From contig OZ037767.1 of assembly GCA_964035545.1 (NCBI GenBank), forward strand, positions 1,437,680-1,501,679: a DNA stretch of 64,000 bases. Direction: 5' to 3'. The stretch is from Bugula neritina (Eukaryota > Animalia > Bryozoa). The notes under the pieces are model-generated. The model did no database searches, was not told the origin of the DNA, and saw nothing but the letters and a program-made list of their open reading frames with translations. Positions 1 through 12,000 of the stretch are shown piece by piece. The translations under genes were made by a program, and so were the position numbers. Positions within the stretch are counted from its first letter, which is position 1. Each line of letters starts with the position of its first letter.

Positions 1-88
1 GCTGTTCATCACCCTTAGGTCCTCCGGGCTCCCTGGTAACATCATCTGGAGTCTGGTTTGGAGAGGAGAGAGGCTGAAATGGTGGCGA
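1..88 (-). CDS. RyR: RyR exon 86, partial ([12 protein letters not shown]...)
   Basis: gttttag acceptor, open frame to window edge. Confidence 0.8.
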
Positions 89-3000
89 CTAAAACATACA
101 GGAAATAGTAAAATTAAGTTATTCAAAACACAAAACTAAAGTACAAAAAACACCTTTATTATAACGTGACTCGCCTGGTGATTCATTGTAGAGTTTGGCA
201 AATCATGCGTCTGCTGAGACAAACTAGCTCCGTCTGCAACTTCAATAGCCTCATCTGCATTAGCAGACGTCTGCTCAGACTGAGAAAATGTTCCGGAAAC
301 ATCCTCCAAACTGGTAGGTTCACCAAGGCCAGACGGGGTTGTATAAGACTCAGGAGGGGGTAGGCAGTGGATTCTTTCATCCACCACTTGGGTTTGGGGT
401 TCTCCCATCATCATAGCCAATATCCATTTGAAGAATGTGCTGATGAAAATTGAAATTTATAAAACTAATAACTAATTGACTGTAATTTAATAATAGTAAG
501 GCTTTTAGATTCAAGAGATACCTTTATAAATAGAGCACTTTCAAGTTACTAACCAATCAATACAGCGGATAATAAAAATATAAAATAAAAACTTACCAAA
601 TTATAGTGAAGATGAGTTTCAATATAAACACAGTTGATTTTTTCACAACTTGAAGTAGGGCCATCAACAACTGCGTGAATGTCATGGAGCGTAGAGTTGA
701 AACACCGTGTTTAATATTGGTGACGGTTAGTAAGCCAAGGGCAAACCATAGGCCCGCCCACATGGTAGAGATGCAAGTTTTTGTGCCTTCCCACACAAGG
801 CCGCTGAAATGCACAGGAAATCTGAATTAGTAAAAGTTGAGAGAAATATGTGAGATAACTTTGAGTAGGCTGTTGGGTAGAATAGTGAAAACTAGTTACG
901 AAGATGTCAAAATATATGCAAAAAGAAACAGTTACGGGAAGAAAAGAAAACTATGTGGTGCAATGAAGTCTGTTGACCAATCAGAATGAGAGAATCAAAA
1001 GTTGTCTTTTCAACAACTGAATTAGTGTATAATCAAAGCTTTTTATAGGTGAAGGTAAATTTGGTTTAATAAAAATCAGAGAGTTGAGAAATTATAACAG
1101 TTAAATGTATTGAAATAGAAGCAAGGTGTGTATAATCATCATAAATACCTGTTATTTTTAAAGCTGAAAAACACAAATAACTGCATTACCAAGTAATCAT
1201 CAATACTGCCATTTTCAACAGGTGCAAAAGTTACGAAATCAAAAAAACCTACATGACAAAATAAGTGTTTTAAAGCCTGTAGGCTAGCTTACATATGCTG
1301 CTTTTATCCGGCAACCCACAATAAACATAAAGTACAACATAATATAACATACACAGTAGATATTTGTTCCGTATATCCAGCCTGAGCTCTCAATGCTTTA
1401 GCATGTGCCATACGCAGATCTTGTTCCTCAGCACTGATACTAGTAGCGTGCTGCATCTATCAGAATAACACAAGTGGGTAACTATCAGATACACTGTTAT
1501 ATTCAATGTAATACGTCATGTCAAATAAATTTGTCATTTCAAAAAGATTTAAATAAACTACACAACCAAGCCGTAGCAAATGGCTGATAAAACAAGCAAT
1601 AAATTAAGTTTTGCAAATTCCAACCTCAAATATTGTGTCTTCACAGAAACCAACAAATGATTCAATCTTCTCGTTATCTCCCTCTTCGTTGACGATGTTG
1701 TGAAGGAAGTAACGTTTAGATTCCTGTATAACACAACATATACAATGTAGAGAGTAACATATACATATACAATGTAGAGAGTAACATATACATATACAAT
1801 GTAGAGTGTAACATATACATATACAATGTAGAGAGTAACATATACATATACAATGTAGAGAGTAACATATACATATACAATGTAGAGTGTAACATATACA
1901 ATGTAGAGAGTAACATATACATATACAATACTGAGCGTACACTAGTTTATACTCACTTTGATTTGTGGTTTCTCCCACTGATTGATATGGCTCTGTGTAA
2001 TCTCAAAATAAACTCTTTCTATTCTCCCGGCTGACCCCATAATTTCTATTCTACCCAAATATGGCTCAAAGTAGTCCAGCACTGACTTGGCTTTCTCCAA
2101 GAACCTTTCCAGCCTACAGAATGAGTGACACTCAAGTCTAAACAATTTCTCTACCACCAATGTAATAATAGCTCACCTGGGGTCACCAGCTGGGTTTAAT
2201 AACAGCTCACCTGGGGCTACTAGCTGGGTATAGCAACAGCTCACCTGGGGCCACCAGCTGGGTTTAGTAATAGCTCACCTGGGGTCACCAGCTGGGTATA
2301 GCAACAGCTCACCTGGGGTCATTGGGCATATGCTCGGCCAGATTTGTGAGAAGCAGAGCGACGTTGAATCCAATGTCTTTGGCCGGATTGTGGAAACGCT
2401 CCGTGAACTCAAGGAAGTCTACTTTACCGTCTTTATTGGCGTCAACACACATCATGATGTAGTCAATTTCCTCTCTGTTGATAATTATATAATATAATAA
2501 ATTACTTTGGAACTTTCATTATATTACATTTTAGACAAAGTTTAATTTAGCCAAAGCATTTGATGTTGACATTATTATAAACAACTATTATTATTACATT
2601 TGTAACATTAAATGAGAAGTAGAGAATAGAGAAAAATATCCAAATCAATAAAAAAACAATCAGTACATTACAATATATCACCTAGTAATGTTGTCATTTC
2701 TGTGTTAAAATAAAGTGCAAAAAGTATAATAGACTATACAGTTGAAAAGTAATAGTATATACTAGATATACATAAACTACTGACAATATCGATATCTGTT
2801 GTACAGAACATGCAGTAGTAAAGCGACGTGAATTACAATATCCAAGAAGTAGACATCTTAAAAGATATATTTTGTTCAAGAGTTGGTGAGATTAAAACTC
2901 CTTCACAAAAGAAAGATGCTAATTCGAGAAAAGTCATCAAATATTCGCATATATAATCTAAATTCCAAATGACACTCCACATTAATTGTGGAAAGACAAC

Positions 3001-6000
3001 TTCTAAACCAAACAAAACATTCTATAAAATGTTTGAACAGATTTTACAGCCAACTCGAGAAAGGTGCCCAGAAAAGTATGAGCTACACAACGTCGTGGTT
3101 ATAAAATAAAAACACTGATTTCAAATAAAAGTTGCTTTGCACGTACAAGTAATATGCTTGCCCATGCAGTAGTGAAGCGTGATAGCACTGTGGCTGTGCT
3201 AAGAGATGAGAAGAGAGAACAGAAGAGATAAAAAGTGTAGAGTGTAGAGACAACCTTCAATGTACTGGTTTAGAAAAACATTCAAAACATCTGACTTTTT
3301 AAATTTGGTAATCATTCAGCATGTAGTCTTGAATAAGATGAATCGAACTGTAGCTAGCAATAAATGGAGTTACAGAATTACATTAAATAAAATATATTTG
3401 AATATCAACATCACAATAATATATATTTATGTATGGGGGCAAAGCAGATTGGGGACTCCTTGGAGCACACTGTAACCAGGGAGGTATGCACAGGTATCAC
3501 TCTAACCTTATGTTCAAAGTGATTACAAATTAACTTTTTACTTAATGACACGGAGAAAACTCTAATATTGTGGAGACAACAAGAGAGGTGAAGGGATGAA
3601 ATTAGGGAAAGGAAAGCTTAGGGGATGTAAGCTGACAGACATGGTGAATAGCCCCACGTGCAGTGCTTTCTTACTCTGAGTAAACTTTCATGGAGGCCAT
3701 AGCCTCACGGAATTCCTTGTGCGAGACGTTACCGTCGCCATTTTGGTCGATGGCCTGTGATAAATACAATGAAAGACATTATTTAGACTGTACAAACCGT
3801 GCATACAACTTCTGGTGATACATGGCAATGCGGAATTCCTTGGGGGAAATGTATCCATCTTTGTTTAAATCATACTCCTGAAACACGGTGAACAAGAGGG
3901 AACGATTCTCAATGCTGAATAAACGCGTATTTTATTTTATGTCAACACAAAACCAAAAATACATTTCAACAATGAATAAAGCTCCAATGACAGAAAGGGG
4001 AAACAACTCCAAGTTGGTGGACATGTTGTATAATATGACTACAATTACCAGGAAAGCTTCAGAAGTTGTCATATCCTTCATTTTAAGGAATATATCAAAG
4101 AACTTGAGGATCATCTCAAAGTTAGCAGACGACTCTACCAGCGTGTCAACCATCTGTTTGCCGATGGGACCATTCATCACATTTCCTGTAAAACAACCAG
4201 AATCAACTTGAAATGCTGAACATCTATATAGGATTGCTTAAAATGATGATTTAAAATACAGAGAGCAAAGCATGTTTCAACACAGACACTGTTATTTTCC
4301 TACCTTCCAGCATAGAGAGCAGCATTATCATCATTTCCTTCTGCAGATTCATGAATTCTCTCAACAGCTCCAACTGCTCGGGATCTCTCGACAGTTTGTC
4401 TTGCATGTGTGCGAAGATGAACAGAAAACCTCCGACAGCGTCCCAGAGACGGCTGTGCGCCAGAGTCAGCTGATTTCCTTGACACGGGCCCTGTAACAGA
4501 CAGAGATGTTCGCAAATAATTATTATTGTACTACAAATGTTTGTAAAAAAAGTTCAAAAGTTAGTAGCCGATATTTGAATGAATTCATAACAAAATGAAA
4601 TGCACGTTGGTGTAAACATAGCATTACAAACCCAAATTGGTAAAACACACACCTGGATGTAGAATACACACCTGGATGTAGAACACACACCTGGATGTAC
4701 TCAGTGAGGGCAGCAAACAGCTGTTTGCCGACTTTAATAGCTCTGATGAAGTTTGCTTTGCCCGCCTCGTCGATGGTGTCTTTGCCGGAGTAGTGCCAGT
4801 AGAAGTCCATCATGGACTCCTGAATACGGAGGAGATAATCCACTGTGCTGATGATAAGGTTGACTGTTGTGTTATTCCCTACTTGTGTTCGCAGATAGTT
4901 CTGCCAGTCTAGAGAATACAGAAATAGACTTGGAGATAGAAAATTAATATAATGTGATTTGACAGAAAGTAAAAGTAAAACATAAAAAGTAAAATATGGA
5001 AATGAAATATGAAAATATAAAAATAGAATATAGAAAAAACATGCAATGTTAAAAATAACCTGAAAAATTATAAAGATGTAATTTTTAATTACAATAAAAA
5101 TCTCACATTTTATTGATGCATAACTTTTCATGGGATTAACTTTAAAATAACAGAAATACAAAAAATCTTTTTTCTAAAAACAGATCAAGTGAAAATAAAA
5201 GTCAACAACAATGCTGTAACAGATGCTCCTAAGCAACGGCCTTCAACTTACTAGCATTATGACCTTCACACAGCAGCTGTAGAAACCTGAACAATTTACA
5301 CGTGAAGTCAGCATCTTGGAGGTTTTCCCCGGAGTTGCTAGATGACCCGTCAACACTGACTACACCAAGACTTTCCGCTTTGTTTGTTCTTTCAAATGCA
5401 TCAAGGTCAAGGACACTGTAACAACGTATTTAGGTCAACGACTTTCATGTTGTATAACCTAACCTTCATACTGTGTAACCTAACCTTCATACTGTGCAAC
5501 CTAACATTCATACTGTACAACCTAACCTGCGTACTGTATAACCTAACCTGAATACTGTGTAACCTAACCTGCACTGTTGCATGAAGCCAGACATGGCAAT
5601 GAAGAAGCCTACGTCTTTCTTTTCCTGCAAATGTTCCAGCATGTTCTGTTGGACATCAGCGTTACCTCCCAACAGCAAGGCTATGCCACAGTCAATAGTG
5701 TGAGACACCATAGGACCAGGCACTCCCTGCAACCCACACCAACACATTATATAAGACTCTACGGAGTGAAGTGAACAGCATTTAGAGCATCACAAGAGAA
5801 AGGTCAAAGGTTAAAGGTAGAGTAACGATACCTTAGACGCACTGATGTAGAGCAGCAGCATCTCAGAGGCAGCGCGGTTTGCCAGTCTACCTTGCTCAAA
5901 CAGCAGCTTCTGTTTTTGCATTTCTTGCTCCTAGAGAAGAAACCACAACAACCAACTATACATCCTCGTTAAAGTTACAAGGCTAGGTAAACTGTGCACA

Positions 6001-9000
6001 CAACTACGAGCTATCAACACACATTTACCTGCAGATTAACAGACATTTTACCTGCGTATCAACTCTCATTTCACCTTTGTACCAATAAATTTTTTACCTG
6101 GATTATATGTTTACTAATAGCAATGCTATACAAGCACAAGGTTTTGGGGTGGAATAAATTATATTATGTAAAGTTTGCTAGTTTTTTTAAAAATAATATA
6201 ACAGTTGTCTTTTACTTGAGAAAAAATATGTGAATAGAAAATTATCAAAAATAAAATAATTATTCAGGTATAGGCGTAAAAATAATATTGAGTAGAGACA
6301 GTTATAGGCCTAGTTATAGTACTAGTTAATTTAGTCATACAAAATTACAATATGATTACAAATACGAAAAGTGCTAAATTCAACAGCAGAAAATATGCCA
6401 AGTGATTTGTGATCCTCAACAACAAAACCATGGCATGAAGTAACTAACATTTATTAGCCGACTTGTAGCAGTAAACAATTATACATTTTATAGTATATTA
6501 GCAACTATGCTCAATATTACAGTGAATGCCTGAAGTTATGCTCAATATTACAGTGAACAACTGGAACTACAGCTTTTAAAATATAAATTTGAAAGTGTAC
6601 TCTTTACAGCATTACAGTGAACATTCAAAACAACACTCAATAGTACAGTGAACATCTGAAACAACATTCACAGTGATTATCTGATGCTAACAGCAAGGGC
6701 TTACCTTTATATTTGTGAGGTGCATCTAAGATGTATGACATAGATTTATCAATATAATAAAGCGTAGCAAACAATTACAAAAACTATAAAATTCTTAAGG
6801 TTGCATGTGAAAGTAAAAGATTTCTGGAAGTTAACAATGAATAAAAAAAATCAAAACTAACAAAATGGTCTGTTAAATACATAATCAGTAGGCTAACAAA
6901 AAAGCTCTCTCATTTTTCGCACTCCAGTGTAAGAGCAACAGAATTTTTATTCTAAGAAAGTGACGGCTAAAATGGCCAAAATTTGTGCCAGTAGTTAGAA
7001 TTATGCATTATGTTAATGAAAGTAAATAGTTGCGTCTCAAATAGCCGTAATATTTATAAACATTTACCTGGAAGGAGAGGGTCTCCTCTCCCCCACCCCC
7101 ATCATCGTCTTCGTCGTCCTCATCTTCCCCGCTACAACTTTTACCCATTATATTGGTGAACTCTGCAACGTGAAATATCAAAATCGTTAACAAAGACTTA
7201 TAGCTTCTTTTTTATAAAGATAAACGTCTGCACTAACCTAGGACAGTATAACACCAGTCACTCACGTATGTACAGCTGGTCGTCTGCACTAACCTAGGAC
7301 AGTATAACACCAGTTACTCACGTATATACAGCTGGTCGTCTGCAATGGCGCCTGCACTCTGATCCGCCTGCGCCTGTCTGCTGAGCGCCTGAACGAGCTG
7401 CCGAAGTGGATCTGGAGAAAGAGGAGCTCCCTCTGGTGGCTGTTCGCCTTCTTCAGCTTCATCTTCCCCGTCATCAGCCTAAAAATATATGGTAGTGCTT
7501 TGAATAAAATATCTAACTCGATTGAACTGTAAAATCTTCAACACCAGCTCCCATGAAATTAGGCTGCCAAAATTAAAACCTTGTTTAATAAAATAAAATA
7601 ATATTTAATAAATTGATTTTAAAACAAACTTTGACAGCTTAGCAAAGTGTGAGCTACACAGCTGAATGACCAGATCATACCGTGAGGTCTTCAATAAGCT
7701 TATTCTGATTCCAGTCTACTTTATCGAGCCAGAGGTCTGAGTACGCCGCCAGGAACAAGTTTATAGCTCTGTGGCGGTGCAGGTTGTGTAGAGGCACCAT
7801 TCTGAAGCAGGCCATGACTGCTTTTTTACGCTGAGTAGATATCACCTTCTTCCAGTTAGAGCCCAGCGCAGTGAGCGGGTGCTCAACCTGCAAACCCGCC
7901 AATTTTGTTCAACAATCAACAAGATTAATGGTTATTACAGCTCAGGAGAAGTATTCAAGTTATCATCTCATAAAACTATGAAATTCTGTTTTAAAAGTTT
8001 TTGTTGCTTTGTTTTTTTTATAAAAATTACACAAAAAGCAACTAGTCAACTTTCTATTGTGAAAGTATTGCTGAAAGAGAATTGTGCAGATAGAAAGATA
8101 TTGGACTCGCTGTATACGTGTGATATACATGCATGCTTGAGTAAGCGCGGGTGTGTGGAGCTCATGCACGACGCTATCTGCTGTGTGGGACAGGAAAGCC
8201 TGATAGAAAGAGAGATTATTGACGCAGTGAAATGCCGCAAGTACGAGTAGGAAGTGATGTAATATCCTATTCATCATGCCGAGTTCTACATATATTGTAC
8301 ACATGAATACACAGCATACAGTAGTAGTAGGTGACGTTTGAGCTTTACTATATTGGCAGCCAAAGTGCATTTACAGCAGAGCATTTCCCTACCACGAGCA
8401 CACAACTTCTGTTATACAGAGAGAGGGAAACGCTCTGATGTAAATGCGGTGATAGTGTAGAGAGATACTATGTTTAGAACAACTACCTTTCCCTGATAGA
8501 TTTTTCCTTTCATAATCTTAACACAAAATAACACAACTAAGGTCAACATATACTGATATAACATAGGCTTACAACCTAAACTAAAAATATAAACATGGGC
8601 TGAGTTACTACAACAATATATAAATGAAAAAGCATGAGAAGTAATTACTGGGTACATACCAGATGTAAACCGTAGAGCACTTTAGCGGTGGTCATAATCT
8701 TCTCAATCAACTTCTCCTGAGAAATGAGATTGGTAACCAGGTCTGCCAAGTTGGGCTTAGTTTTCCCCATCTTTAGGTAGAGTGCTTTCTGCCATCTGTT
8801 CTTTGGATCAAACCCCTAACAAACACACAACATCAGCATAGAATAACAAAGATACATGGATTTCAAATTTAAATTCTAAAAATATGCCATTTTGTTAGTA
8901 ATTTACATTTATTGAGTGAAATTATATTATCAAAGTTAAATTTTGTAAAGAAAATTTTTAATTTGTGCCAAGATGAAAAATTACATAGAATAAGAAAGTT

Positions 9001-12000
9001 ATACTAAATCAATATTTATGAATCATAATATAACAATACATTCATCAGAGGAAAGGAACCAGTTACATAGAGGTATTGAAGGAACTTTAACGGAAGAGGT
9101 GAAAATCATAACATAACAAAAAGCATACCAATTTTACTCGCCAGAACTTAAAGTACTGATACAAGTAAAACCACACAGTGTATAAGAATTTATTAGTATG
9201 CATTCATGTTGTCACAGAAATGGCTTATAAGATTAAACTGAAACGATGTCAAACTTCTTGATAACATCAACATGGTAGAAGAAAGTTATGTAAATGTAAA
9301 TATCACGTACTAAAAAGTTTATGGAAATTGAATAACATTGAAATATTTCGCATGCAAATATGCAAGGAGTATAAAAAGATCAAAATGGACTGTTTTCATG
9401 CCATCAAACACCTACCATTGAGTACTTCTGTAACACACAAACAATTATTACCATCGTAAATATTTAGTTTATCCGAGTTTTTATACAAATTTAGTAAAAA
9501 ATAAGCATAACGATTTATAGAATATAATTTATGCAAAAAGGAATGCGAGTGTTTAAAACTTGAAATAATAATTTCAACAAAATTTGCTAGAAATTATTAT
9601 GGAATTGCTTTACCTTGTTGTCAGCTGCAACTGTAGTTCTAAGCAGCTCTTCAATGTCTATTTCTGGCTCCTTCTAAAATTAGTATTTAAAACTCACATA
9701 GAATATCAACATATTTTCCAAGCAAAATCCAATCATTTTGCATTTTCCAAAGATTATGATAATTAAGGAATACTTTACCAATCATCTTGCTAGGTTAAAC
9801 AATCAATAATGGTAGTAGCAAAAGCAATAATCATTTGGTATAAAAAATCTTAAAATTATAATTTGTACCGCAGGATCATACTCACCTAAAAGCAATCAAT
9901 AATTGATAATCAGCAAATAGCAATATTGTTTTTTGAATCAAACATGCACAAAGAATATTTACACATCCAGTAGATAGAAACCAAGAACTCAAAAGCTAAC
10001 TAGAAACAATATATAAACTATACTAGCAACTAGATACAAACCCCACAACACAGACGCATGACCTTCAGCTAACGGCGTTCAATGCAATACCAAAACACCA
10101 GTTGGTTTCCAAAACAAAGAAGGATAAAATAATATCACTGTGAATATAACAAACAAGATAGCTTGAGAGCGTCACAACACACTATCTACTCGAGCTCCAA
10201 CTACGGGGCGTACCAACACACCCCCATCAATACAAAACAATTCGAGCTAACAAGCAGCACTTTGTGAACATGCTCATTGCCATATGAATTATTATACAAG
10301 TTACAACTCAAAGTGACAGAGAGAGAGAGAGAACGATAGTCAAATGAGAGAACATAACTCCAAAGCAGAGTAAATACTAAACCTATCTGTCTCAAATAAC
10401 CAAAATATGTTTAATATTGTGGCAATAAGAGATGACACAAAGAGTAGAGCAGCAGTGATGTAGTAATAAATCATAAAAAGCATGCTCAAGGACAAATATT
10501 ATGAGTATGTAATACTTGTATGCTGACTCATCAACATCAACATTGTTCTATTAATAAGGTTCACAAATTTTCAGCCTTTCGTAACAATTTTCATTTTAAT
10601 TCCAAGCTGTTGTCAATGAGATAGTGATTTGCAAATTAAAAAAATTCCATGAATAATAAATGAAGAATTATATTAAATTTAAACCCAAATACAACTTGAT
10701 GAGTCAACATAATCATAATGTTAAGGGGGGATAATTTGGTAGAGCAAAACTCTGTTATGGTGAGTTGATATGAATCTTCCAGGGAATGGTTATAGCAAAT
10801 GTTGCTCCACAATTTTGACATTACCTGTATAGCATACACATCCAAGGTTTGAGCTTGGTGCTCAATTACCTATAAACAACATTGGTTAATAGAGCACAAC
10901 GCAAGTAATACGTTAGTAATACATGAATGCAGTGATAAAATAATAGGTCTACGACCAACACTTCAAAAGAAACATAAGGGAAAGTTGTTCACCATCTCAC
11001 ACACATTTCAAACAGTGTAGAAAAGTAAATATATAAACAAAACACATGTGAGGGAATTTCATAAGTTCAAATTGAAAACTTTATGCTTTTTGACCAGCCA
11101 TTTGCTAGTAAAGGATACAGAAAGGAGAATTCAAAGAAAAAAATTTAAACAAATAATAAAAACATCACACAACAAAGGAGTAAGAGAGGAAGATGTAAGA
11201 TCTTTCCAGTCTAAGAAGTTAAGTGATAACCAATAAATTGGGTTTACAGGAATGAGTGAAATAGATAACCAATAAGAAATGAGTTTATAAACAAAAAAGT
11301 GTGAGTAACCAATAAGAGATGAGTTTATAGACAAACCAATGAGAGAAGTGTATACAATGTCTGAGTTTAAAGTTTAGAGAAACATCCATTCATAGAATTG
11401 TATTCAACCAATAAGAAAGGAGCTTGTAAAATATCGAGTAACCAATAATAGATTAGAAGAAATAATATAATTTGAAGAGAGTTGTCAAGTCAAATGAGAT
11501 CTTACGCCTTCAATTCGTGCCAGCTATAACAAAAGTCACATGTTATGTACACGGATACTGATAGAAAATTCTAGAACCTAACAGTTGTTGCGCCAACAAG
11601 TAATATTCATGTATAAACCAAGAAAGTCTACATACAATATGGCTATTGAGTGGAACATTCTAGAATATACTCACTTCAATCATCTTCTCCTTGGCTAACT
11701 GAACCAGTTCCTGTTCCGGACCACCGAACACATTCAATCCAATCGGCAGCAAACGCTTGATGGCAGCAACAACCAGACTGGTGAAACCTTCTATAATAAA
11801 CAACAGCAGCTTATAGTAGCAGGTAAGCTTTCTAGCTCTTTGCTCAAAGAAATTGCCAGCATCTCTGTCTTCAAGACACTAAACTCCATCAACTGATGAA
11901 ACACTTAAAAACTCACCCCTCCTTCGAGATTTCTTTTTCCCTCTCTTTTCCCCACCAGAAACTTCTTTCTGTACCGCCACAGCAGATGTGCTGCTACTGG

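Noticed and set aside
8090-8199. GC-rich island with a strong acceptor and open frame ([17 protein letters not shown]) just before the CaM-binding exon
   Set aside because: No convincing phase-0 donor found, so I cannot define an exon; still worth checking in RNA-seq because TGCATG lies nearby
10063-10068. Possible 6-nt microexon ag|CTGAAG|gtcatg
   Set aside because: Weak pyrimidine tract and donor; too short to distinguish from chance
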